A stretch of 64,000 bases of DNA from Planctomycetales bacterium. GTDB lineage: Bacteria; 4484-113. How positions within the stretch are numbered: the first letter of the stretch is position 1; each line of letters opens with the position of its first letter. The translations under genes were made by a program, and so were the position numbers. Location: the NCBI GenBank assembly GCA_037441675.1, contig JBBIRS010000008.1, forward strand, positions 18,778-82,777, read 5' to 3'. Below, in pieces: positions 19,601 through 28,765 of this stretch. The notes beneath the pieces are model-generated. The model saw only the letters and a list, made by a program, of their open reading frames with translations. It ran no database searches and was not told where the DNA came from.

Positions 19601-19958
19601 CTCTCATGGGGTGCACTCTGATTTTGATGGTTTCTACATATTGGAGGACTTGCAGTTCGGGTACTTACCAGGTGCACTCTTTATGAGCTATGAGTCGTTT
19701 AACGGAACCACCTTTAAGTCTCCGCCTACCAACCCAGGCCGGCATGGGCAAGTGGCAGACTGGATTCGCATGGGTGGAACAGGTGGAATCGGAAATGTCT
19801 ACGAACCCTATTCCTTTGCGGTCGGGGATGAAAGCATTATGTTCGCAGAATACCTTGGAGGTCGTAACCTCGCTGAATCCGCCTACAAGGGAATTATGGC
19901 AATCTCCTGGATGGAAGTAGTAGTTGGGGACCCTCTTACAACGGTAAATATTCAATAA
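16683..19958 (+). CDS. Giant secreted lipoprotein: dockerin-like repeat pair, two FN3-like domains, PKD domain and a roughly 400-aa uncharacterised C-terminal domain
   Basis: Lipobox LYSCGNGG. Dockerin-type Ca-binding repeats DYNLDGAVSIADVSILAQRF and DNVVDGNGNGAIEIGDVKVIADNF. FN3-like PPSNFHFTSFTKNSVSLAW and PPANFRVSETTYTSVSLAW. PKD FTWDFGDGSP...YNVTLTVKDEYG. Confidence 0.7.
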   Translation: MAKLRKMKMKRTLCLHKLLAVMLLFLISFHLYSCGNGGLKTVSTPSPIANQITAFSDSSEEELKLQAGNIAEPIDPLELGRELAVSTAGNPEFSLFLQDNRNNLIDNAPFRLEISITLTGDLSVGIVTTSDMEGLPSLLGYLRYASDKLHVEEVNWNEYVYSADEAILFSAIIPKHLALAVEPIGDVHLKPIEAGTRILEVIFSNSSENARKAVSLAPRGANNKVIPELNWIGGRLALNFEGRNMGDYNLDGAVSIADVSILAQRFHKRRTEPNWDARDNVVDGNGNGAIEIGDVKVIADNFFSRLSGYDIDFAFVPVDSPEPKAFERIVNTQDSSKPTVEFVIPPPTSGWPTFNFELPDRGFGTYYVKVIPVGKTLDDRGIESDVVSAERINIPPLPPSNFHFTSFTKNSVSLAWAVSSETDVVGYHIYFTDDPNADSLEELTKANSEIIPRFTTTFEVTNLTTNTTYYFFIASEDANGLLSEEARILATRISVEVLDLPPAPPANFRVSETTYTSVSLAWDESQESDVVGYNIYYTTVADAQLSQYQLANPSLIPVATIGFTLEPLTEFTTYYFVISAVDEGGHESLEPDILATRVQALTVVLPIAVAKILEKEQYGQIYEDYPLTFSAEDSYSPAGARLVEFTWDFGDGSPIETIPASGTAHHIYPAPSLGYNVTLTVKDEYGVESSTIIQTGTINQLTEQRILLVWNINSPNVDGVIKDYYGSPYTGRGIPAEFVLGLPLSMNEEISRSEYDNSIRMPIQDYLNNTIVQTPQGQRALRNVIHYIVTTKDVPLKISGANNAAVDSELTLLFETYDLANGIYNPFYGWESSDHFDKGNMAKSQRWQPFSFTAREPDWLPAFGWDGTDTATIDYLVTRLTAYTLEETLAMIDRSLNAYSGNEYYIILDDQFKDYDRMNDPPWPNIWPQDKSATTVLTNLGYHVYSDTTHQGDLITAAFLGDPSISNNVLGYCSHGVHSDFDGFYILEDLQFGYLPGALFMSYESFNGTTFKSPPTNPGRHGQVADWIRMGGTGGIGNVYEPYSFAVGDESIMFAEYLGGRNLAESAYKGIMAISWMEVVVGDPLTTVNIQ

Positions 19959-20020
19959 AGGTGCCGTCGCAAATCACTAATGAGTAGCCTACTGAGTCAA
20001 CTGAATGAACCGAATGTCCT

Positions 20021-20620
20021 TCAACTCAGGAACAACCGTATCGTCAGTATTGTAACTTGGTGCATAGTAGCATATATAAAGCACACGTCGTCCGCGCCTG
20101 CGGCAGCTATCGCCGGAGTTAATCCTAGAGTAGTGGAATAAGTGGTGTTAGGCATAACTACTACTCGTTTAGACTGGCCTTGAAAGGGCAATCCGACTGC
20201 CTTGGAGGTTCCATACCAGCCGTATCTGTTAAAGTCGTAGGCGCTCGGCAAGAGGACGTTTGAAATTCCCTTTTCAGACGATAGATAGGTATATCCTTCG
20301 AACTTAAACATAGGTATCCCAGACTCTAGTAAGGTGGGTGGGCTCTAACTTCCGTATTGGTAGGAGACCGCGACTATGCTGTATTGCCAAGAATTCTCGT
20401 CAATTGGCGAAAAAACGAAAGTGGGAACTCCATCACCGTAGTAAAACATTGCATTTCCTCCTGCGAGGTTCTGGTCGTCAGGTTCTTGGGGATACAAAAA
20501 TACCCACGGGCCGCTCTGCAGTTCGTAAAGCTCAAATACGAATGAGGAAGAAGAGAGTCGCCAAATACCATCCATCGTATACATCATAAGATTGCCAGAC
20601 TGCCCGTCAACCATCAGCAC
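20021..20620 (-). pseudogene. Two adjacent short minus-strand ORFs (34-bp gap), probably fragments of a decayed gene downstream of the subtilisin remnant
   Basis: ORFs 20345-20620 and 20021-20311 are co-oriented with and downstream of the frameshifted S8 peptidase. No recognisable domain. Confidence 0.25.
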
Positions 20621-20889
20621 CGCCTTCTCGCTAGCTTCTGACCAAACCTAGCTGTCGATGACTGGCATCTCAATTACTTAAGGGGAATACGGAGGGTAAA
20701 CCGCTATGTATCCTTCCAGCTGTTAAGGTGGAAACTGCTCAAACTCGCTGTACTCCCGGTAAATCACTACACGAGGGTTGCAGTAGTGGTGGACTCTTCC
20801 ACCAGTGCGATTGCTGGAAGATGAGTGACGGGATTCGTCGCCATCGAAATGCGTCCGACCGCATTATCCATTCCCGTTGACGTCAGGTG

Positions 20890-21791
20890 TTAGGTCGCTA
20901 TGTTCTCGGTGATGACGTTCTGCTCTAACGTCTCGCGCAGGCGCGCGAAGTTGGGGACGAAAACCTCGTCTTCACGGGCGGTAGATGGAACGCCCCAGTA
21001 AAGTCTGTCGCTGGTCTGCTGTAATAAGGTGCGAACTTGATCCACATCCCAATATGAGTGAAAGTTCTTGATAATTACGGCTGTCGCTGACACTATTGGC
21101 GTAGCGATGCTCGTTCCTGAACTACTGGTGTAGCTTCCACCAGCTATAGTCGGCTTCAGGGTCTTTGCGCCAGCTGCCATATCCACCCAACTACCGTAGT
21201 TGGAGAAGAAAACCCGCCAATAACTGGCTCCCTGACCATCAAACTTGTTTCCTCCTACGGAGATCACAAAGTCCCACGCCGACGGATAGACTCTTGCGTC
21301 GTCGTTCCAGTTATGTGCAGGAACCACTGGCACGAGTCTGCAAATGGAAGAACCTTCGCTTTGAAGGCGATTACGGCAATTCCTTCGTTACCGGCTCTTG
21401 CGTTTAAGACCCCGATCACCTTTGTGCCATGACCATAATAATTCGTACCTCGCTCTTCCTCAGGATCCTTGTCCTCTATACCATTGGCACAGTCATAGTC
21501 TATTCCAGGGCTATCCTCTATGCCAATAAGCGAATACTGAGTTGAACCATCATCGTTGTTGAAATCGGTATGGGCCTTGTAGATACCCGTCTCAATGACC
21601 GCGACATAAGTGCGCTCTCCTTTATAACGTTTATCCGTGGGTGAACCGCAAAACTCCTCATGCCCCGCGCATTTCCCGAACCAGCACTCCCCTTCCTTGT
21701 CTATGAAATACTCGGCTCCAGGGTCATACGCGGCGAGGTGGAGCCTAATGTCCGGTTCAACAGTTAGAACTTCGTCCTGAAAACGCTCCAA
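20890..21791 (-). pseudogene. Subtilisin-like (S8) serine peptidase split by a frameshift
   Basis: Upstream ORF carries VAVIETGI (Asp box with a D-to-E change) and HGTKVIGVLNA (His box). The downstream ORF in another frame carries GTSIATPIVSA (Ser box). The ORFs overlap 21264-21333 in different frames. Confidence 0.55.
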
Positions 21792-22192
21792 GATACTCAG
21801 TGCGGATTTATTACGAGCCTCTAAGGACGAAAAGTTCGTTTTCAGGAAGAGACAAACACCTTAGCACCAACACGCATTTATCCTCAATGCTCATATTCGC
21901 TATTTGCTGGATAAGCGGTGCCTATGCACCAACAGTGATCACCATAGAGGTAGTACTGGGGTAAGAGATCCCCATTCTACCCCCTCTGCTGGCGTTCTAA
22001 GACGCAGGCTTAGAGCAAAACGAAGAAAGTAATAAAAGCATAATGCCAACGAAAAGGCAGGGTGTTAAACACCTTTGAAAACCCAGTTCTTCTGAATTCC
22101 ATTCTGACCCTCCTTGAGAGTCTTATGTCCAAAAGCAAAGAAATTATGCACCTAAATGAGTTTCTTCGCAACCGATCGCGGATTTCATCAAA

Positions 22193-22384
22193 ATGAGATT
22201 GACCTGGGAAATGGGCGACTTATACGAAACTTATGCAGATGCAGTTGGAGATAAGAGTGCCATTTTTCCCGAGTATCTTGGCGTTAGGAATCTCGCGGAA
22301 GCACTTTATAAATGTCTTCGCTATGCCTCATGGATGGAAGTAGTAGTGGGTGATCCTCTCCGCACGGTTAACGTAACGGGATAG
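22193..22384 (+). pseudogene. Orphan 3' fragment paralogous to the C-terminus of the 16683-19958 lipoprotein
   Basis: FPEYLGVRNLAEALYKCLRYASWMEVVVGDPLRTVNVTG versus the upstream gene end FAEYLGGRNLAESAYKGIMAISWMEVVVGDPLTTVNIQ. DNA identity is also visible (tggatggaagtagtagt...). Confidence 0.5.
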
Positions 22385-23385
22385 GTTTGTGGCAGTTCTT
22401 GGTAAGCTTGTAGCGCTTGAGCTTTTTCAAAACCCTTCAAATGCCTGTCAAAGAACTCAATCATCTTCGTAATCCACTTCACCGCATCTACTGGGTTCGC
22501 CAGGAAATCGCCGTGTTTTCCACCTTTAACTTCAATCAGTTCCGCTTCGACGCGTGCATCTTTCAGTTTCTGGTAAAGCCTTCTGCTTTGGTCAATTGGC
22601 AAGAGAGGGTCATCTGTTCCGTGAATTATAAGAAATGGCGGGTCGCTTGAATCAACAAACGTTACAGGTGAAGCCATCTCCGCTACTTTTCTCACTCGAG
22701 ATGGTTTATCACCTAAGAGCTCAGAGACTGGACCATTTCGTCTCGTTTTCAGCTTCTCACCAATCACAGTAAAGTCAGTAGGACCAAAGAAATCAACTAC
22801 CGCCTGAACGTCACTTGAAACTCCCGTAACACCAATATCCCCCTCCAGCTCACTTACTCCAATTGATGTTCCAAGAAGTGCGGACAAGTGTCCTCCGGCA
22901 GAAGGCCCAAATACGCCTATGCGGTTTGGATCTCCGCCAAACTTCTGAGCGTTCTTTCTAATCCATCTTATAGCGGATTTGCAGTCATAAATCTGCGCCG
23001 GGAATTTAGCGGTATCGGTAAAGCGGTAGTTGATGGCAACGAGAATGTAGCCTGCGTTAGTAACCTGAGGCGCAAATTTCAGCGCGCCAATCTTATCTCC
23101 ACTCCGCCAGCCTCCACCATGAATATGCACTAGTATCGGTTTTAGCTCTCCTTGAGAATCCCTTGGCTCGTAAACATCCAACTTAAGTCTCTCGCCATTC
23201 ACCACAGCGTAAACAATGTCTCTTGTAACTTTTAGATTCTTTAAGGAATGAACTAGCGGAGAGCGGCTTTGTATTTTGGGCGCCCCAGCACTCGGGTAAG
23301 CGCTGATAAGTAGGGTTGGCGCGGTTAAAATAACTGAGAAAGCTAAGAATCCTGAAATCATTCTTACTTCAGGAACCTCCAGCAA
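22321..23385 (-). CDS. Secreted alpha/beta-hydrolase (carboxylesterase/lipase, HGGG type)
   Basis: Signal peptide, oxyanion-hole motif HIHGGGW and nucleophile elbow GPSAGGHL; 354 aa. Confidence 0.75.
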   Translation of the reverse strand: MLEVPEVRMISGFLAFSVILTAPTLLISAYPSAGAPKIQSRSPLVHSLKNLKVTRDIVYAVVNGERLKLDVYEPRDSQGELKPILVHIHGGGWRSGDKIGALKFAPQVTNAGYILVAINYRFTDTAKFPAQIYDCKSAIRWIRKNAQKFGGDPNRIGVFGPSAGGHLSALLGTSIGVSELEGDIGVTGVSSDVQAVVDFFGPTDFTVIGEKLKTRRNGPVSELLGDKPSRVRKVAEMASPVTFVDSSDPPFLIIHGTDDPLLPIDQSRRLYQKLKDARVEAELIEVKGGKHGDFLANPVDAVKWITKMIEFFDRHLKGFEKAQALQAYQELPQTYPVTLTVRRGSPTTTSIHEA

Positions 23386-23511
23386 CTTTTATACTGAAAA
23401 TATCGCACATTATTAGACGGAAGGGTAAAGAAAAGAATTCAGGGAGAGAGAAACACGCGATGAAGCGCCCGAATTTGGGAATTAGAAAAGCCTGCGAGAT
23501 TGCCTACGCTC

Positions 23512-23769
23512 TTAAAATCCTACGCCACGCCCCATTCGTTTGCACTCATTGCACATAATGATGCAGTTATTCAAGTTTGGTGGCGCACCGGGCGATTTTT
23601 CTACCGCAAACCATCCACCTTCCGCGCTACTATTTTGCAAATGCCACTGGAGAACTTTATTGCATTTAGGACCATGACCGTGAACTGAGAAGCTACACTC
23701 GCATTTTCCGCCTGTCCTACGCCATGCACCTTGAATTATCGCAGATGGAAATTTAGTAGTCTTAAGCAT
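23512..23769 (-). CDS. Small HNH-like nuclease-fold protein (85 aa)
   Basis: CxC...HGH...GG...N...C..C arrangement (KCECSFSVHGHGP...EGGWF...NLNNCIIMCNEC) resembles a minimal HNH/YajD-like motif. The final His of the C..CH box is absent. Confidence 0.4.
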   Translation of the reverse strand: MLKTTKFPSAIIQGAWRRTGGKCECSFSVHGHGPKCNKVLQWHLQNSSAEGGWFAVEKSPGAPPNLNNCIIMCNECKRMGRGVGF

Positions 23770-24104
23770 TTTTCATATCCTCTTTGCTAAGTGATATCTA
23801 ATGATAGCGCAAATAGAACAAGAATGAGAAAAATTATTTCTTGAAAATAATTGTCCAGCGGATGTGTTTGCGGAAATGCTCGGACTAAAAGTAGAGTCGT
23901 TAGCAGATTTTTCTAAAATTTTGAGGCGAAAAAAATTCAAAAATTTTTTTCTCCAGACTGAACAATTTTCCTATTTTTAGGGTCTATATATATACCCCCC
24001 AATCCCCTCATTCCCTCAACCTCCTTGTGAGACAAGGGGGAGCTGACCCCCGCTCCCCCTTGCACATTTTGGCTATAGATAGCCATTTCAGCTAAGATAA
24101 TCGT

Positions 24105-25364
24105 GTGCATCCGCATTCTCCTAAAAAACACCTGCCAGAGGATAGCATCCACCAAGAATGGAGCCCTTCAGCATCTACGGTTGAATGGTTAAACGAAAGA
24201 TTCAGAAGAAAAAGCGATGGTTATTATTATGCCCATCAGCCCATATATGGATTTGGTTCACCTCATTCGGAGCCAGGTCATATCCGCAGGCTTGCCCGCA
24301 CCGTAAATATACTTAATATTCTTTCGCACCTTAATTTTGAAACATTCTTAGACGTTGGCGCGGGTGAGGGATATTTGTCATTTCTTATTCAGCATCTTTT
24401 GGGAGCAAAGGGCGTTGCCCTGGAGGTTTCAGAAGAAGCATGCCATCGTGCTCAAGAATTTTTTGCTTTACCTTGCGTCGTAGGCGATGCCCATAACATT
24501 CCATTCGCGGATAATTCCTTTGATCTGGTTGTCGCAAGCGAGGTTCTTGAGCATGTTCAAATGCCGGAGATTGTCGCTAGCGAACTTATTAGAGTGGCGA
24601 GAAAGTACATTTTATTCACCACTGAAGAATTTTGTTTGAAGGAAGATAAACAGAAATTCTTACTACGATTGCGAGACTTGGAGAAACCCCATACAGAGCT
24701 AAATTACTTTTGCCTAAGAGATATTGAGGAAATGTTCGGGGAGAACTTGTATCTACAATCGCAGTTTTTGTCATTTCTTCCACGCGATGAAGCGAGTATG
24801 AAGATAAGCGAAGCAGAAGTTCTGATAAGAAGGATTTCAAAAGTGAACAAGTTGCACCAAAGGGGGGTGGGTATAATTGGGCTGAAGGTAAAAGGAGAAC
24901 CGTACACTCAATTTAATAAGGAAGAATCTCCTAAGATTAGCCAGTGGCTAAAGACGTTAATTCTACCAATTGTTGAGTCTCCATATCAGTCGCCCAATGA
25001 AAAGAGAATTTACTGGGATGATACACTTCCACGTCCTGTTTGTAGAGTAGAAGGTTGTTTCAATTTTGGTCAAAGCATAGGGACTTGCTCTCACTTAGCC
25101 CTTGTTGATGAAGCTTTATATCGTTACACGGATAATAATCAGCGTGAGTCTGCCGTTAGAGATCGCCCTGAGTGGGCACTCAAATTTGAAATTACTAATA
25201 TTTCTGTGGATGAGGAGAGAAGGAGATTGAGCAAGAAATACAGATGGGAACAATTCGCTTCGCTTTTATTGACTGTAGATCCCTGGTATTACAAGCTCGC
25301 CTGGTTTTTATCTCGTGCCTTGAAACGCCTAAAGAGAATCCAACTGAACCTAAAGGCTTACTAG
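24105..25364 (+). CDS. Class I SAM-dependent methyltransferase (Methyltransf_11-like) with a roughly 250-aa Cys-containing C-terminal extension
   Basis: Motif I LDVGAGEGYLS, motif post-I, and DLVVASEVLEHV. The C-terminal region (CRVEGCFNFGQSIGTCSH) is uncharacterised. Confidence 0.7.
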   Translation: MHPHSPKKHLPEDSIHQEWSPSASTVEWLNERFRRKSDGYYYAHQPIYGFGSPHSEPGHIRRLARTVNILNILSHLNFETFLDVGAGEGYLSFLIQHLLGAKGVALEVSEEACHRAQEFFALPCVVGDAHNIPFADNSFDLVVASEVLEHVQMPEIVASELIRVARKYILFTTEEFCLKEDKQKFLLRLRDLEKPHTELNYFCLRDIEEMFGENLYLQSQFLSFLPRDEASMKISEAEVLIRRISKVNKLHQRGVGIIGLKVKGEPYTQFNKEESPKISQWLKTLILPIVESPYQSPNEKRIYWDDTLPRPVCRVEGCFNFGQSIGTCSHLALVDEALYRYTDNNQRESAVRDRPEWALKFEITNISVDEERRRLSKKYRWEQFASLLLTVDPWYYKLAWFLSRALKRLKRIQLNLKAY

Positions 25365-25409
25365 TGCGTCCCAATTTGTGGAAATTTAACTCAAGTTAGG
25401 TTAATCTAA

Positions 25410-26465
25410 TTGACGGAGGAACAAGTAAAGATGGAGCAAAATCCAACGAGCCATTCAAGGGGTAACAGAGAAGCAATCTGGCGAACGGCAAGCATTATCT
25501 TTTGGACATCTGCCCTTTTCGTCCCTTTGATTCTAGTAACCTTCTCGTGTGTAAAGCTTAAATCAGGCAATGGCGAAAGTGGCGAGTGGGCATCTAATAA
25601 ATCAGAATATATGGCGCGAGGAGTTAGGGTAGAGGAAGTCTCCACCCTGACTGAAATGCCTAGGGAAAGCCCAACTGCTCCAACAGCTGGTTCTGCCGGC
25701 GATAGCGCAATTAGAACTTCGTCTAGCGTATTTAGCGCGCCTGCATACGCTCAGGAGGCTAAACCTAAAATAATTTACACGGGCACTGTTGAACTAAAAG
25801 TGAGTAACCTACCCGATTCAGCTGAGGCAGTCCTAGAGATGTTGCCTCGTTTTCAAGGTTACTTGAGCGAGCGAAACGATAGCACTACTGGAACTTTTCA
25901 GTTTGTAACTTTGACTGTGCGGATTGATAGTGCTAGGCTAAACGGCTTTCTTGATGAGGTGAAAAAGCTTGGAGAAGTGCTAAAGTTTAGCCTGGCTGGA
26001 CAGGAAGTAACCGAGGAATATATGGACTTGGAGGCGAGGCTTAAACAGCTTAGGCTTTCCGAAGAAAGATTGCTCGAAATAATGCGAAAGTCGGGCAAGT
26101 TGACGGAACTTCTTGAGGTTGAGCGAGAACTGACGAATAAACAAATTGAGATTGAAAGGATTATGGGCAGACTTAGATATTTGGATGACCGAATTAGTTA
26201 TTCCACTGTGACTATCACACTTTCCACGGAAACTCCGCCTGTTCAAATTGCAGGCTTTAATTGGGGCTTTGGAGATACTTTCAAATCTGCTTATGTTTCA
26301 TTAAAGACTTTTGTTCGCGGATTCCTAAAAGGTGTAATCTGGATTTTGGTTTACAGCCCTATTTGGGTTGCGATACTCGTGATAATTTGGCTCCTATACT
26401 TAGTTGGAAGAAAAATTGTGACAGCACAAACAAATCTGCAAAAGAAGATAATCGCATCCCCTTAA
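25410..26465 (+). CDS. DUF4349-like membrane protein (N-terminal TM, coiled coil, C-terminal TM)
   Basis: Topology and conserved core (YTGTVELKV...EEYMDLEARLKQL...YSTVTITL) resemble the DUF4349 family. Assigned from memory. Confidence 0.5.
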   Translation: MTEEQVKMEQNPTSHSRGNREAIWRTASIIFWTSALFVPLILVTFSCVKLKSGNGESGEWASNKSEYMARGVRVEEVSTLTEMPRESPTAPTAGSAGDSAIRTSSSVFSAPAYAQEAKPKIIYTGTVELKVSNLPDSAEAVLEMLPRFQGYLSERNDSTTGTFQFVTLTVRIDSARLNGFLDEVKKLGEVLKFSLAGQEVTEEYMDLEARLKQLRLSEERLLEIMRKSGKLTELLEVERELTNKQIEIERIMGRLRYLDDRISYSTVTITLSTETPPVQIAGFNWGFGDTFKSAYVSLKTFVRGFLKGVIWILVYSPIWVAILVIIWLLYLVGRKIVTAQTNLQKKIIASP

Positions 26466-26509
26466 AGGAAAAATGATTTTTCTGTAATAAGAATGTGACA
26501 CTCAACACT

Positions 26510-27946
26510 TTACGAGTGGTTTAAGGTGCTTGGCGCGTTTGAATTACCGAGATTTGTAAGCAAAAATAGCGCTGAGAGTGAAGAAAGCATTGCGCCAACA
26601 AATATTGCCCAGTCAATACCTATCACACTTCCCAGCCACCCAATGAATAAAGTTCCAATGGGATAGAAGCCAACAAACAATTGTGAATACGTTCCCATAA
26701 CACGTCCGCGAAGATGATCTGGAACTTTCAACTGAATAATTGAATTCGTGCTAGCGAATGCCCATGAAAAGCCAAATCCTGAAAAGGCGAGAAGAAGATA
26801 AGCAAGTGGAATACTTCTAGTAAAGGCAAAAATCAAAATTGAGCCGAGATTGAAGACGTAACCTACTCGAAGAGTTATACTTTGCGCGCTCCTTTGAGAT
26901 AGCGCTGCAAGGGAGACTGCTCCGATTACTGCTCCAATTCCAAAGCAGGTGAACATAAATCCAAACTCGGAAGCATTTGCTAGTAGCTTGTATCTCGCGA
27001 AGGCAGGTAGAAGAGCAATCATTGGTGAGGCAAAGAGGCTTGCAATTCCAGCCATAATAGTGATTCGCCTAAGCCCTGGAGTAGTCGCAAGATAGGTTCC
27101 GCCCGCTACCAATCTCTTGATTGCGCTTCCACGATCCTCATCTGCACTCTCAGGTCTAAACTCTCCCCGCATAAGCAAAATGGCGATGATAATCGGAATG
27201 AAAGAAATAGCATTGAGGAAGAATGCGTCAGCGACTGAAAAGTTCAGCGCAAGCATTATCCCCGTCACTGCTGGACCAATAATCCGTGCGCCATTGAATA
27301 CCCCAGAGTTTATGGCGATGGCGTTAGGCAGGTCGTCTTTACCCACCATATGAATGATAAGACCCTGCCTTGCGGGAATATCAAGAGCCATTACAAACCC
27401 AAGGTAAAGTGAGAGAATAATCAACAGAGGAATATTTATAATACGTTCATAAGTCAGTAGAGCTAGAAGAAAAGCCTGTATCGCCATTAAAACCTGCGTG
27501 AGAATTAGAACTTTTCTTCGGTCAAAAAGGTCTGAGATAATTCCAAGAAAACCGGCAAGGAACAAAACCGGAAGCGTGCTCATAGCAGTCACGAGCCCCA
27601 CATACCAACTCGTTAATGCCTCTACTCTTGAGGTGGAGGCATAACCCAGAACAAGCTCTGTCACAAGCCATCCTTGGGCAGTTCTCTGCATCCAGGTGCC
27701 TATGAGGGAGAGAACCTGGCCAAGCCAATAGAGGCGATAATTCCTGTGCCTGAGCGCGGAGAAGGCTTGCGGTATAAAATGCCAGTAGCCTGCCTCAGGA
27801 GTGCGCGGGGATGTTTCAGGAATTAATTCACTCCATAACTGTTTCGCATCCGGATTGAGCGATGTTGAGTGTGATTGTGATTGGGCAGAGACAACATCTG
27901 AACACTCTTGAGTAGATGAACAATCGCTGGTGGTGTGTGTTTCCAT
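26510..27946 (-). CDS. MFS transporter (EntS/macrolide-efflux-like)
   Basis: 12-TM profile and NYRLYWLGQVLSLIGTWM motif; 478 aa with an N-terminal hydrophilic extension. Confidence 0.8.
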   Translation of the reverse strand: METHTTSDCSSTQECSDVVSAQSQSHSTSLNPDAKQLWSELIPETSPRTPEAGYWHFIPQAFSALRHRNYRLYWLGQVLSLIGTWMQRTAQGWLVTELVLGYASTSRVEALTSWYVGLVTAMSTLPVLFLAGFLGIISDLFDRRKVLILTQVLMAIQAFLLALLTYERIINIPLLIILSLYLGFVMALDIPARQGLIIHMVGKDDLPNAIAINSGVFNGARIIGPAVTGIMLALNFSVADAFFLNAISFIPIIIAILLMRGEFRPESADEDRGSAIKRLVAGGTYLATTPGLRRITIMAGIASLFASPMIALLPAFARYKLLANASEFGFMFTCFGIGAVIGAVSLAALSQRSAQSITLRVGYVFNLGSILIFAFTRSIPLAYLLLAFSGFGFSWAFASTNSIIQLKVPDHLRGRVMGTYSQLFVGFYPIGTLFIGWLGSVIGIDWAIFVGAMLSSLSALFLLTNLGNSNAPSTLNHS

Positions 27947-28070
27947 CTAAAACTATTATTTCTACCACATTGTATCATTCCCTTGAAAGATTCCAAGAGG
28001 AATAATGCTATATCAGTTGAAAAATTACGAAATTTCGGTTTTCTTTACCCGCCCAAAAGGGTTGAGGATA

Positions 28071-28210
28071 CGGTGGGGGCAAGCCCTCCACCCTACAGTT
28101 CGCAATAGAGCACGGCGGGGTGCAAGTCCCCACCATGCAGTCTTTTAACACGGGAGCCTACGGCGTTTGCCCCGTGGTGAAGGGCACGGGCGAGGACGGG
28201 CGTGATCCAA
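28071..28210. repeat. GC-rich structured intergenic element, copy 1: two 27-nt hairpin units plus a downstream ACGGGCG motif
   Basis: Units 28071-28097 GGTGGGGGCAAGCCCTCCACCCTACAG and 28113-28139 GGCGGGGTGCAAGTCCCCACCATGCAG with a 15-nt spacer, then GCACGGGCGAGGACGGGCGTGATCCAAA. Related to the element at 34287-34432. Confidence 0.5.
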
Positions 28211-28235
28211 ATGCGGGGGTTAGCTTTGAAGCTAG

Positions 28236-28661
28236 CTAACTTAAATGTGCAGATATTTGCTCTTTCGCCTTGGCAAGCATTTCTGTCTCCGCTTTTGGGG
28301 GAAGTTTACCGCCCAACACCTCGTAGCCATCGCCTTCAAAGTTTGGAAAGATGTGGATGTGGAGATGAGGGATGACCTGCCCACTGGCACGCTCATTGCT
28401 CTGCCAAATGAGCACGCCATCAACGGAAAAGCATTTCTTCACAGCATCCGCAATCCTTCTCGCAAGGTTAAAAATGTGCGACGTAGTAGAAGCGTCCGCC
28501 TCGTAAATCGTCCTAATATGTGCTTTGGGAATGACTAGAACGTGCCCTACCGCTTCTTCAGGCTGGGTTAAATCCATAAAGGCAAGAGCACTCTCATCCT
28601 CATAGACTTTTTCCGATGGTATCTCGCCTGATATAATTTTGCAGAAAATACATTCCTCCAT
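28236..28661 (-). CDS. HIT-family (histidine triad) nucleotide hydrolase
   Basis: CIFCKI...HLHIHIFP histidine-triad motif; 141 aa. Confidence 0.85.
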   Translation of the reverse strand: MEECIFCKIISGEIPSEKVYEDESALAFMDLTQPEEAVGHVLVIPKAHIRTIYEADASTTSHIFNLARRIADAVKKCFSVDGVLIWQSNERASGQVIPHLHIHIFPNFEGDGYEVLGGKLPPKAETEMLAKAKEQISAHLS

Positions 28662-28765
28662 AGAAATAATTTTATCTCAACCTAGTGAAAGTCATAATTT
28701 CCGAGATAAGCAAGTGATAGGCATTAAATTGAGAGACTAGTAAGAGTATAAGTTTTAAGCACTAA

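Noticed and set aside
28071-28139. Possible mini-CRISPR array formed by the 27-nt direct repeats (and the similar pair at 34367-34432)
   Set aside because: Only two units per locus, spacers are 12-15 nt (too short), units are hairpins with a conserved loop rather than typical CRISPR repeats, and no cas genes occur anywhere in the window.
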